Shown here in pieces: positions 19,176 through 28,833 of a DNA stretch of 43,825 bases (its first letter is position 1; each line of letters opens with the position of its first letter). The notes below the pieces were generated by a model. That model saw only the letters and a list, made by a program, of their open reading frames with translations. It had not been told where the DNA came from and made no database searches. This DNA comes from an uncultured bacterium (GTDB lineage: Bacteria > Edwardsbacteria > AC1 > EtOH8): contig CAWAAX010000020.1 in NCBI GenBank assembly GCA_963780225.1, positions 1 to 43,825 of the forward strand, read 5' to 3'. A program made the translations under genes and the position numbers.

Positions 19176-19196
19176 CTGCCTGCGGTAACTTGTGCT

Positions 19197-19505
19197 TTAT
19201 GCTTCCTTTTGATAATCGGCCACCACCCGCCGGTCCCGGACCTTCCGCAGAAAGTCCACGGCCTTAAGGTGCTCGGGATGTTTCTGGTAGGTGTCCAGGT
19301 CTTTCTCGTTCTCGAACTCGGAATAGAGGGCCAGGTCAAAGGCATCTTGGCCGGTGTTGATGTTTATGCCGATCTCCAGGGACCGTACTTCGGGAATGCT
19401 CTTTTTGAGTCCCAGCAGTTTTTCCCGGGCCAGCTCTATGTTCTCCTGTTTACTGCGGCCTTCGGCCTGGGGCCTAAAACTCCACAGGACAATGTGCTTT
19501 ATCAT
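19197..19505 (-). CDS. Dabb family (stress-responsive A/B barrel) protein
   Basis: MIKHIVLW..IPEVRSLEIG..DLALYSEF..YQKHPEH..DY. Confidence 0.9.
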   Translation of the reverse strand: MIKHIVLWSFRPQAEGRSKQENIELAREKLLGLKKSIPEVRSLEIGININTGQDAFDLALYSEFENEKDLDTYQKHPEHLKAVDFLRKVRDRRVVADYQKEA

Positions 19506-19528
19506 GGCTCTCCTTTGCTGGTGAAAAT

Positions 19529-19564
19529 AAAAAAGGACGTAACATTTTTTTGCTACATCCTTTT
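19529..19564 (-). terminator. Probable terminator after dnaN
   Basis: Minus strand AAAAGGATGTAGCA-loop-TGTTACGTCCTTTTTT with G-U pairs. Confidence 0.55.
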
Positions 19565-19581
19565 ATTCTGCTTGCTGTGCT

Positions 19582-20691
19582 TTATTCCGGCAGGCGGATG
19601 GGCATGATCAGATAAACCAATTTATTGTCATCCTTCTCCTGGCTGGGCCGGACGATAGCCGCCGCCAATGGTGCGCTGAGATAGATGTTCAATTCATCCG
19701 ATTCAACATTCTTGATGATGTCCAGCAGATAGTTGGCGTTGTAACCTATCTCCATTTCCTCCCCGCCGTATTTGGCCGCCAGGCTTTCAAAGGCCTCCCC
19801 GATGTCTGCGGTGCGGCTGGAAAGATCCAGGGAATCGGCCTTGATATTCAGCTTGATCATGCTGGTAAAGGTGTCGGAAAATACCGATACCCGGCGCACC
19901 CCGGCCGCAAATATCTCGGTGTTGACGGTGACGATCTTGTCGTTGCTCCAGGGTATGAACTTGTCGTATTCGGGATAAACCCCTTCGATGTGACGGGCGA
20001 ACAGCTGGGTGCTGCCCAGGATGAACTGGGAATAGTTCTCGTCGAACTTCAGGACTATTTCCTGGTCGCTGGAACCGATCATCTTATTGACCAGATTAAG
20101 GCCTTTGGGCGGGATCAGCAGTTCGCTTTTTTGAGAGACCGGTGCGATCAGGCTTTCCATCAGGGCCAGGCGCCGCCCGTCGGTGGTCACCACCCGCAGC
20201 TTGTCGCCGTTGACCTGGAACAACACTCCACACAAGGCCGGCCTGGAACTGTCGTTGGCGGCGGCGAACAGGGTCTTTTTGATGGCGCTCTGTAGTAGCG
20301 ACGCCGGAAGTTTTATCTGCTTGTCCTTTTTGATCTCGGGGATCTTGGGGAATTCTTCCTTGGGTATTCCGATCAGGTTAAAGCGGCTCTTGTCGCACTT
20401 AATGGCGATCTTGTTCTCGTTGACCTCAATATCCAGCGGCAAGGATGGAAGCTGTTTAATGATCTCAAAGAATTGCCTGGCCGGTATGGTAATGGCTCCT
20501 GGATTTGTTACCTTGGCCTCGGTTTCGGTGATAATGGCCACTTCAAGATCGGTAGCGGAGAATTTTATTTTGTCCTTGGAAGCCTCTAAAAGCACATTAG
20601 CTAAAACCGGAAAGGTGCTTTTGGTGGGAACCACTCCGATTATGCTTTGAAGGCTGGAAAGTATTTTGTCCTGGGAAATGGAAATTTTCAT
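19582..20691 (-). CDS. dnaN: DNA polymerase III beta sliding clamp
   Basis: ATDLE, SRPALCGV, TTDGRRLA, IEGVYPEY, C-terminal LIMPIRL; follows dnaA. Confidence 0.97.
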   Translation of the reverse strand: MKISISQDKILSSLQSIIGVVPTKSTFPVLANVLLEASKDKIKFSATDLEVAIITETEAKVTNPGAITIPARQFFEIIKQLPSLPLDIEVNENKIAIKCDKSRFNLIGIPKEEFPKIPEIKKDKQIKLPASLLQSAIKKTLFAAANDSSRPALCGVLFQVNGDKLRVVTTDGRRLALMESLIAPVSQKSELLIPPKGLNLVNKMIGSSDQEIVLKFDENYSQFILGSTQLFARHIEGVYPEYDKFIPWSNDKIVTVNTEIFAAGVRRVSVFSDTFTSMIKLNIKADSLDLSSRTADIGEAFESLAAKYGGEEMEIGYNANYLLDIIKNVESDELNIYLSAPLAAAIVRPSQEKDDNKLVYLIMPIRLPE

Positions 20692-20934
20692 TTTAAGATA
20701 TCTCTCTTTAAATGAGAATGTTTCTTTGGAAGATTAGTTTATTATGATATATCTAATTAACAGTAAAAGTCAATAGTAAAGTTGGTAAATCTTGGGATAA
20801 GTCAAAAGAATGGCGTAGCCACAGGCTATTAGTAAGAATTTGGTATTTTGATAAGGTTGGAAAACATGTTGACAACAAAAGGTTTTATCCACAGCAATCC
20901 ACAAGAGAAAAAAATAAAATATTTTATCCCCAGG
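20692..20934. promoter_or_regulatory. oriC: oriC, dnaA-dnaN intergenic part: DnaA boxes and AT-rich candidate unwinding element
   Basis: TTATCCACA 20885-20893 (perfect), CAATCCACA 20895-20903, TTATCCCCA 20924-20932, TTGGGATAA 20792-20800; AT-rich stretch ~20730-20790. Confidence 0.75.
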
Positions 20935-22272
20935 TTATGCACCTTTTATAGTCCGGGTTATCAACTCAACCAGCCTGGCAGTTTCCTGGTCTTTTAGGAT
21001 ATCTTTGTTCATTTTGTCGATGGCATGATGAACAGTAGAGTGATCCTTTCCGCCAAAACGTTTGCCGATATCGTTCAAAGATGAAGAGGTAAGGGTTCGG
21101 GAGAGATACATGGCGATATGGCGCGGCAGCACCAGTTCTTTGGTGCGTTTGCTGGAACGGAGGGCTTCGTCGCTGATGGAAAAATGATTGGCCACCGTCC
21201 GCTGGATGGAATCGATGGAGATGCTTTTGACTTTTTGGGAGATGATGTGCTTTAATGCCTCTTGGGCCAGCTCCAGTGTCAGTTCCCGGTCGGCCACCGA
21301 GGCAAAAGCAGTGACCCGGACCAGAGAACCTTCCAGTTCCCGGATGTTTGACTTGACCGCCTCGGCCATGAAAAAAATAACCTCGTCGGGAACCTTTAAG
21401 TTATCTATCTCGGCCTTCTTCTTTAAGATGGCGATCCTGGTCTCCAGGTCGGGGGACTGGATATCCGCCACCAGGCCGCTTTGAAAGCGGGAGACCAGCC
21501 GTTCCTCCAGGTGAGAAATATCCTTGGGTGGACGGTCCGAGGTCAGCACAATCTGTTTCCGGGAGTCATAAAGCGAGTTGAAGGTATGGAAAATCTCTTC
21601 CTGCATCCCCACCTTTTCCGAAAGAAACTGAATATCGTCTATCAGCAGGACATCCAGGTTGCGATAGTGGTTTTTGAAATCAAGGATCTTCCGGTTTTGA
21701 ATAGCGGCCACCATCTCGTTCATGAAGTTTTCAGCCGGGGTATAAAATATTTTAGCCTTGGGTTTTTTGGCCCTAACGAAATTGCCGATGGCGTGAGTCA
21801 AATGTGTTTTCCCCAAGCCTACCCCGCCATAAATGAAGAACGGATTATAGACCCGGCCGGGGGCTTCGGCCACGGCCTGGGCAGCCGCATGGGCAAACTC
21901 GTTGCTTTTTCCTATTACGAATTTATCAAAAGTATAGCGCTCCCGCAACTGACTGTCGTTGTCTATCGCTATCGGCAGGGGAGGAGGAAGCTGTTTTTCT
22001 GCTTGGGAAGGCTTAATGTGTTCGTTGGGAGATGAAAAAATTACCGACAGTTCCCTTTGGGCTGTTTCTTTTAAGGCTTCTTTAATGAATGGAAGATAAT
22101 GTTGTTCCAGCCATTGTATAAAAAACGGGTTGGGAACCTTGAGGGTTATGGACGTATCCCCCAGGGAAGCAGCTTTTACCGGCCTTAACCAGGTGTCATA
22201 GCTGCCGGAGCCTATCCGTTCTTTGATTATTTCCTGGGCCCTTGCCCAGAGTGCTTGTGCCTGTTGGCTCAT
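20935..22272 (-). CDS. dnaA: Chromosomal replication initiator DnaA
   Basis: YNPFFIYGGVGLGKTHL, LLIDDIQF, EEIFHTFN, SNIRELEG, FGGKDHSTV. Confidence 0.99.
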   Translation of the reverse strand: MSQQAQALWARAQEIIKERIGSGSYDTWLRPVKAASLGDTSITLKVPNPFFIQWLEQHYLPFIKEALKETAQRELSVIFSSPNEHIKPSQAEKQLPPPLPIAIDNDSQLRERYTFDKFVIGKSNEFAHAAAQAVAEAPGRVYNPFFIYGGVGLGKTHLTHAIGNFVRAKKPKAKIFYTPAENFMNEMVAAIQNRKILDFKNHYRNLDVLLIDDIQFLSEKVGMQEEIFHTFNSLYDSRKQIVLTSDRPPKDISHLEERLVSRFQSGLVADIQSPDLETRIAILKKKAEIDNLKVPDEVIFFMAEAVKSNIRELEGSLVRVTAFASVADRELTLELAQEALKHIISQKVKSISIDSIQRTVANHFSISDEALRSSKRTKELVLPRHIAMYLSRTLTSSSLNDIGKRFGGKDHSTVHHAIDKMNKDILKDQETARLVELITRTIKGA

Positions 22273-22560
22273 AAGATATCCACAGTGCTAAATGGCTGAA
22301 AATTAAGGAGAGTTAAAGGATGGTGGTTATAAAGTGCGGAAAATCAAGGCTTAGGGATTATTCACATAGTTGTCAACAGGTTGTAAACAACAATAAAACG
22401 TTGGCACTGAAGGGGTTATAAAATACAAACAAGATTTGTGCAAAGCTTATCAACAATACAATAAAGGTGTATAATATATCTATTAACAAGGGGTTATCGG
22501 GCAGAGCGAAAGAGGAAAGTTATCAACAGGTTTTTCCACAATAAAGGCCATAAAAAAGAA
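22273..22560. promoter_or_regulatory. DnaA-box cluster upstream of dnaA (second half of a bipartite oriC, or autoregulation)
   Basis: Co-oriented TTATTCACA 22358, TTGTCAACA 22370, TTATCAACA 22447 and 22520, TTTTCCACA 22532. Confidence 0.7.
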
Positions 22561-22794
22561 AAAGAAATCACGGATTGCTTACCCCGCGATTTCATAATGA
22601 TAAACATATAACGGCGATCTTTCTGAGCCAGGATGTAAATATATCAGGTTGCCGAAAAAAAGTCAATAGTGTTTTACGAAAAAGAAAAAATAAAACAAAA
22701 AAAGATTCAACAATTAAAATTTAACTTGAAATAAGTCTGCTTTTAGGGTAAAGTTAAAAAAAGAACACAACCAGCAATTTTTTATGCACCCAAA

Positions 22795-23472
22795 ATGGCA
22801 AACCAAAGCTTCGGTTTAAACATAAAAGAATTATCCGGGATTGTTAAGTTGGAGCTTACCGCTGGCCAGATCCAACAACTTGAACAATACGCCGGTTTTG
22901 TTTTGGAATGGAATAAAAAAATAAATTTGATCTCCCGCCAGCATGCGGAGCAAACAGTGGCCGGCCACATCATGGATTCGCTGGCTGCCCTGTCATTGCT
23001 GGACGAGGCCGCCATTTCCAGCCCGGTTCCGATGACCGTCATGGACCTGGGCTCCGGCGGCGGTTTTCCCGGTTTTCCGTTGAAGATCTGCCGGCCCGGT
23101 ATCAATTTGACCTGTGTGGAGGCCACCCAGAAGAAAGCGAAATTTTTGGACCTGGCGTCCCAGGAGCTGGCCTTACAGAGCGTAACGGTGGTTCCCCAGC
23201 ATTCACAGGAGCTGGTTAAGGAGGAGGAACTGCTGAGTAAATATGATGTCGTATTGTGCCGGGCAGTGGCCGGGCTGAAGGAGCTGGTCAAGAGTTCCTT
23301 TCCCTTCCTGCGGCCGGGCGGGGTGCTGCTGGCATTTAAGGCGCAGAAGGCGGAGCAGGAAATAAAGGAGGCCGAAAAGGAGCTGGCAAAAAACTATATG
23401 CGGATAAAAACCATCAAAGAATATGTCATTGACGGAAAAACCCGGCAGATAATTGTGCTGGAAAAACAATAG
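22795..23472 (+). CDS. rsmG: 16S rRNA m7G527 methyltransferase RsmG (GidB)
   Basis: WNKKINLIS, HIMDSL, DLGSGGGFPG, YDVVLCRAVA. Confidence 0.95.
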   Translation: MANQSFGLNIKELSGIVKLELTAGQIQQLEQYAGFVLEWNKKINLISRQHAEQTVAGHIMDSLAALSLLDEAAISSPVPMTVMDLGSGGGFPGFPLKICRPGINLTCVEATQKKAKFLDLASQELALQSVTVVPQHSQELVKEEELLSKYDVVLCRAVAGLKELVKSSFPFLRPGGVLLAFKAQKAEQEIKEAEKELAKNYMRIKTIKEYVIDGKTRQIIVLEKQ

Positions 23473-23474
23473 CC

Positions 23475-24173
23475 GTGGCCAGCAGCAAATATACCCACCT
23501 GGTCCTCTTTGACATCGACGGAACTCTGGTGCACTGCGGGGCCACGCCCAGAAGGGTTTTTAAGCAGGCCCTGCTGGAGGTCTTCGGCACCGCCGGCCCG
23601 ATAGACACCTGGATCTTCGACGGCAAGACCGATCCCCAGATTGTGCAAGAACTGATGGCCGCCGCCGGGGTTCCCTGTTCTAAGGGATTGACGGAAAGGG
23701 CGCTGACCCATTATTCCTTGGCCCTGCAGGCAGAGCTGCCCAGAGCTCCGGACAAAAAGATCTATCCCGGGGTGCGGGAACTTTTGGAGGAGCTTGGCAA
23801 ACATCCGGTGCTGCTGGGTCTGCTGACCGGGAACATCAAACCCGGCGCCCGGGCCAAGCTGGCGTCGCTGGATCTGTGGAAATACTTTTCGTTCGGAGCT
23901 TTTGCCGATGACTCGGCTGTAAGGAAGGAGCTGGCGGACATAGCGGTGCGGCGAGCTCTTGAGCTCTCGGGACAGAAATTCACCGGAAAACAGATCGTCA
24001 TCGTTGGGGATACAGAGCACGACATCAACTGCGGCCGGCACCTGGGGGTCAGAACTATCGGGGTGGGTACCGGGAGGAGTTCGGCAGCCAAGCTGCTAGA
24101 GCATGGGGCGGACAAGACTTTCGAGGATTTCAGGGAGCATCAAGAAGTAGCCAGGGTAATATTGGAAGGATGA
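23475..24173 (+). CDS. HAD-family hydrolase
   Basis: LFDIDGTL, LLTGN, IVGDTEHD. Confidence 0.92.
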   Translation: MASSKYTHLVLFDIDGTLVHCGATPRRVFKQALLEVFGTAGPIDTWIFDGKTDPQIVQELMAAAGVPCSKGLTERALTHYSLALQAELPRAPDKKIYPGVRELLEELGKHPVLLGLLTGNIKPGARAKLASLDLWKYFSFGAFADDSAVRKELADIAVRRALELSGQKFTGKQIVIVGDTEHDINCGRHLGVRTIGVGTGRSSAAKLLEHGADKTFEDFREHQEVARVILEG

Positions 24174-24187
24174 ATAACTGTAAAAGA

Positions 24188-24221
24188 AAAAGCCCCGGGT
24201 CGTGAACGACCCGGGGCTTTT
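24188..24221. terminator. Bidirectional intrinsic terminator
   Basis: AAAAGCCCCGGGTCGT-GA-ACGACCCGGGGCTTTT between convergent genes. Confidence 0.85.
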
Positions 24222-24233
24222 CAAGATAGTTCC

Positions 24234-24842
24234 TTAGAAAATAGCGTAGCCAACCATGACCGATATGTTGGAATTCTTCCAATCATGTGTTACTCCGTTT
24301 ATTTCTTCGAAGATCGTTGAAAAACTGTTACTGTAACGAACCTCTAAGGAAAATTTGACGGGTATAGATAAACCGGCTCCCAGTACATACCCAAGGTCTG
24401 AGCCTTTAATGTAAACATTCATGCTGCCGGAAGAGGTTGAATCTCCTACCGTTTCTTCCCAGGATGTGCCCACCCTGGTAGCGAAATAGGGACCAACGAG
24501 GACATACGGCTTAACCAGAATGCCGAAAGAAAACTTTGCCAGCATTGGAATTTCCAGATAGTTTATCCGGTATTTACCGACCCACGGTACACTGTCAATC
24601 TCTCCGGATAGTTTATATCCTTTCTGCGAATAGAGTATTTCCGGTTGAATGGCAAAGGAGGGAAGCAAGGTGAGAGTGAGATAACCGCCGGCAACCATAC
24701 CCGAACGCGACTCGGCGCCTTGGGCCCAGTCTCCGTTTGCTGAGGACAGATTTAACCCGCCCTTTATGCCGAAGGACAGTCCCTGGGCCAAAACCACGGA
24801 CCCCAGGCCCAACAAAGCAGCCAAAACCAGCAATTTTTTCAT
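24234..24842 (-). CDS. Small outer-membrane beta-barrel (porin/PorT-like family)
   Basis: Signal peptide, FGIKGGLN, QPEILYSQKG, NYLEIPML, terminal GYAIF. Confidence 0.85.
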   Translation of the reverse strand: MKKLLVLAALLGLGSVVLAQGLSFGIKGGLNLSSANGDWAQGAESRSGMVAGGYLTLTLLPSFAIQPEILYSQKGYKLSGEIDSVPWVGKYRINYLEIPMLAKFSFGILVKPYVLVGPYFATRVGTSWEETVGDSTSSGSMNVYIKGSDLGYVLGAGLSIPVKFSLEVRYSNSFSTIFEEINGVTHDWKNSNISVMVGYAIF

Positions 24843-24956
24843 TACCCTAACCCCCTTATTTATTTAAGTTGTTTGCAAACATCATCATAATAAGTTTAGC
24901 GGCAAAAGTCAATGGAAAACGCAGCCAATTTTAACTCAAAATAAAAAAGATATTTT

Positions 24957-24986
24957 TTGCAGATTTTGCAAATATTATGGTATAAT
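24957..24986 (+). promoter_or_regulatory. Extended -10 promoter of parA
   Basis: TTGCAG-N18 with TGGTATAAT. Confidence 0.55.
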
Positions 24987-25033
24987 AAAAAGCTTGAAAC
25001 AATGACTTTTAAACCCGGAAGCACTAATTTTTA

Positions 25034-25795
<762 letters not shown>

Positions 25796-25908
25796 CGGGC
25801 AATAAGCAGATCCGCTATGGACCGGAAAAGTCCCTCCATAAGTTGATAGTGCGGCCGGGGCATCGGGCCGGGCGAAATAAGACCATTTTCTAACAGAAAG
25901 GAGAACCC

Positions 25909-27516
25909 ATGAAGAAGCAATGCTTATATTTATGGTTTGTTTTTCTGTTTATTGACGGGCAGGCTCTTTCGCAGGCGTTTTTTCAAACGCCACATTTCCC
26001 TGAAGGGATAGAGGTGGCCGGGCCCAATAAATTTAGAGGCTCCGGACAACTGGAGACTGTCGTCATTTTGATGGATTTTCCGGACAACCAAGCCGATACC
26101 ATCAGCCGTTGCCCGGCCCGTTATGATTCCATGCTTTATTCGGCCGGGGTTTATAACGAGCAGCCTTATCGGCAGGGCAGCCTTAAAGATTTCTTTTTGG
26201 AAAATTCATACGGGAACTTTCAGGTCATGGGCGGGGTGGCCGGAAACAAGTGGTTTCGTTCTGTATATAATTACTCACGTTATTATGACGGCTATTATAT
26301 GCTCAGCACGGGGGAAAACCTGGCCGAAGAAAATGTGGCTCAGGTGGACCAAACCGTTGACTTTAGCCAGTATGACCTGAATGGAGACAACCATATTGAC
26401 GCTCTTTTTCTGGTGCATGCCGGAGCCGACGGGGCCGATGACGGAGATGTTAATCATTGCTGGTCCCATGCCATTCCGTGGTTTAATTACACCACTAATG
26501 ATGGTGTAATAATTGACGGAGTGACCAATGTCCCGGAATTCGCCATGGTCACCGAGTTTAGAGATACCACCATGTGTTGTATCGCGGTAATGTGCCATGA
26601 ATTGGGGCACTTGGCCGGGTTGCCGGACCTATACGATTACAGCCGCGATACCTGGGGTGTGGGGTATTGGGGATTAATGGGCTATGGTGCCTGGGGCGCC
26701 GGGGGCGACACTCCCTGGAGTCCGTCCCACATGGAAGCCTGGAGCAAGGTCGAGACCGGGTTCGTAACGCCGGTGGTCATAACTAGGGATACCCTGGGTC
26801 TGCGAATAGTAGACGTTGAGAACAATCCGGTGATATACAAAGTGTGGCGCGGCGGGGCCGACGGAGACACATGTTTTTTCCTGGAGAACCGCCAGCACAA
26901 GGGATTTGACTCGCCCCTGCCGGGCGCGGGTCTGCTGGTCTGGCACATCGACCCGGGTCAGAGCGGCTACGACAACATAGTAGACCTTGAGGAAGACAAT
27001 ACTTTCCATCTAGATCTGGGCACGGGAGTACGTCCGGATCCGCACGAATACCATCCCGAGCTTGGGGCCGACAGCGACCCACTGCCAGGTTCCTGGGCCC
27101 GGACCAGCTTCGGTGACGCCACCACTCCAAACTCTCGGGACAACAACGGCCAGTCCACCGGTATTACCATTCAGAACGTCCGTCAGTCCGGCGACACCGT
27201 GATCTGCGACGTGCTGCTGGGCGGGCAAGGGGTGGAAAACGGTTTTCTTCCCGCGCTGCTTCCGCGGCGGGCAACCGTGATAGGTAAGAATCCATTCCGG
27301 AATTCTCTGACCATCTGGCTACCACCCGCAGATCTTACCAAGGTTTCGGTTTACGACTGCACTGGCAGATTGGTCTACCGGACCGCCACATCGGCATCGT
27401 CCCTGACCTGGTACGGCCGGGATCTTAACGGCCGGCAGGTCCCTTCGGGGCTGTACCTGGTACGAATAGAACAGCCTAGGTACAAAGTGACACTGAAAGT
27501 ATTGCGGCTGAGATAA
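25909..27516 (+). CDS. Secreted M6-family (immune inhibitor A-like) metalloprotease with FlgD/T9SS-like CTD
   Basis: CHELGHLAGLPDLYD, WGLMGYGAW, FFLENRQ, GLLVWHID; CTD VYDCTGRLV..WYGRDLNGRQVPSGLYLV; GAAAGGAG RBS. Confidence 0.9.
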   Translation: MKKQCLYLWFVFLFIDGQALSQAFFQTPHFPEGIEVAGPNKFRGSGQLETVVILMDFPDNQADTISRCPARYDSMLYSAGVYNEQPYRQGSLKDFFLENSYGNFQVMGGVAGNKWFRSVYNYSRYYDGYYMLSTGENLAEENVAQVDQTVDFSQYDLNGDNHIDALFLVHAGADGADDGDVNHCWSHAIPWFNYTTNDGVIIDGVTNVPEFAMVTEFRDTTMCCIAVMCHELGHLAGLPDLYDYSRDTWGVGYWGLMGYGAWGAGGDTPWSPSHMEAWSKVETGFVTPVVITRDTLGLRIVDVENNPVIYKVWRGGADGDTCFFLENRQHKGFDSPLPGAGLLVWHIDPGQSGYDNIVDLEEDNTFHLDLGTGVRPDPHEYHPELGADSDPLPGSWARTSFGDATTPNSRDNNGQSTGITIQNVRQSGDTVICDVLLGGQGVENGFLPALLPRRATVIGKNPFRNSLTIWLPPADLTKVSVYDCTGRLVYRTATSASSLTWYGRDLNGRQVPSGLYLVRIEQPRYKVTLKVLRLR

Positions 27517-27519
27517 TCG

Positions 27520-27646
27520 AACCGCAGTGTGCGGCTGGCCGAGGCCCCGTCCCACGGCAAGCCCATCATCCTTTACGACGTCAACTCTCAGGGGGCCCAG
27601 GGGTATTTGAGCCTGGCCAAGGAGATAATCAAAAAGGGTTAACGGG
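27520..27646 (+). repeat. Direct repeat copy 2: orphan parA 3' fragment
   Basis: Encodes the same [40 protein letters not shown]. Confidence 0.95.
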
Positions 27647-27651
27647 AGACC

Positions 27652-27680
27652 GCAAACAGCAAACAGCAAACAGCAAACAG
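27652..27680 (+). repeat. Heptamer tandem repeat (GCAAACA)x4
   Basis: GCAAACAGCAAACAGCAAACAGCAAACAG immediately before the GGAG RBS of ppk2. Confidence 0.9.
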
Positions 27681-27691
27681 GGAGTTCCGCC

Positions 27692-28699
27692 ATGGACCCG
27701 AAAAAACTTTCGTCCAAACTTTTGATCAAGCCCGGAAAAAAAGTGAACCTGGAAAAGATCAAGCCCGGCGACACTTTGGGGTTCAAGGACAAGGAACAGG
27801 CCGTAAAGCTTTTGGAGAAGAACCAGAAGCGGATGGCCGAGCTCCAGTACCTGCTTTACGCCCAGAACAAGTACGGCCTGCTGATAGTGCTTCAGGGCAT
27901 GGACGCCTGCGGCAAGGACGGCACCGTGCGCCAGGTGATGCGGGGGGTGAACCCCCAGGGCTGCAAGATAGTCTCCTACAAGGCCCCCAACTCGGTGGAG
28001 CTGGATCACGACTACCTGTGGCGCATCCACCACAACGTGCCGCCCAAGGGAGATATCGGCATCTTTAACCGCTCGCACTACGAGGACGTGCTGATAGTAA
28101 GGGTCCACAACCTGGTTCCCAAGGAGGTCTGGTCGGAACGCTACGGCCAGATCAACGATTTTGAAAAAATGCTGGCCGGCAACAACTACGTGATGCTGAA
28201 ATTCTTTTTGCACATCAGCAAGCAGGAGCAGAAGGAGCGGCTGGAGGCCCGGCTGCAGGACCCCACCAAGAACTGGAAGATGAACCCCGAGGACCTTAAG
28301 GAACGGGCCAAGTGGAACGACTACCAGAAGGCTTACGAGGCGGCCCTCTCCAACTGCAGCACCAGGCATGCCCCGTGGTACGTGATCCCGGCCGACAAGA
28401 AATGGTTCCGCAACCTGCAGAAGGAGCGGCTGGAGGCCCGGCTGCAGGACCCCACCAAGAACTGGAAGATGAACCCCGAGGACCTTAAGGAAAGGGCCAA
28501 GTGGAACGATTACCAAAAGGCCTATGAAGCGGCCCTCTCCAACTGCAGCACCAAGCATGCCCCCTGGTTCGTGATCCCGGCCGATAAGAAATGGTTCCGC
28601 AACCTAGCCATCTCCCAGATCATCGTGGAATCGCTGGAAGGGCTGAACATGAAGTTCCCCAAGCCGGATTTTGACCCCAAGAAAATAGTGGTAAAATAG
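27692..28699 (+). CDS. ppk2: Polyphosphate kinase 2 family protein (class III-like) with a 63-aa internal duplication
   Basis: LQGMDACGKDG, FNRSHYEDVL, KFFLHISK, APWYVIPADKKWFRNL. Confidence 0.92.
   Translation: MDPKKLSSKLLIKPGKKVNLEKIKPGDTLGFKDKEQAVKLLEKNQKRMAELQYLLYAQNKYGLLIVLQGMDACGKDGTVRQVMRGVNPQGCKIVSYKAPNSVELDHDYLWRIHHNVPPKGDIGIFNRSHYEDVLIVRVHNLVPKEVWSERYGQINDFEKMLAGNNYVMLKFFLHISKQEQKERLEARLQDPTKNWKMNPEDLKERAKWNDYQKAYEAALSNCSTRHAPWYVIPADKKWFRNLQKERLEARLQDPTKNWKMNPEDLKERAKWNDYQKAYEAALSNCSTKHAPWFVIPADKKWFRNLAISQIIVESLEGLNMKFPKPDFDPKKIVVK
28229..28606 (+). repeat. In-frame tandem duplication, 2 x 189 bp, in ppk2
   Basis: 28229-28417 vs 28418-28606; about 11 mismatches, two of them non-synonymous (R/K, Y/F). 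Confidence 0.95.
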
Positions 28700-28730
28700 A
28701 ACACGGATAATAACCATACCTGACGAGGTG

Positions 28731-28808
28731 ACCGGACGCGGATTAACGCTGATTTTATGGATTTAATTGGGATATTCTCGGCGGAATCTGCGGGTATCTG
28801 CGTCCTGT
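28731..28808. repeat. Imperfect intergenic inverted repeat (CGCAGAT-type units)
   Basis: ACCGGACGCGGATTAACGCTGATT ... AATCTGCGGGTATCTGCGTCCTGT. Confidence 0.65.
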
Positions 28809-28833
28809 AAGAAATTTAAACAACGGAGACCGC

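Noticed and set aside
25800..25908. Riboswitch or ribozyme upstream of the M6 protease
   Set aside because: Short stems (TATGGA/TCCATA, CGGCC/GGCCG) exist, but I could not match a known aptamer or hammerhead core; needs an Rfam scan.
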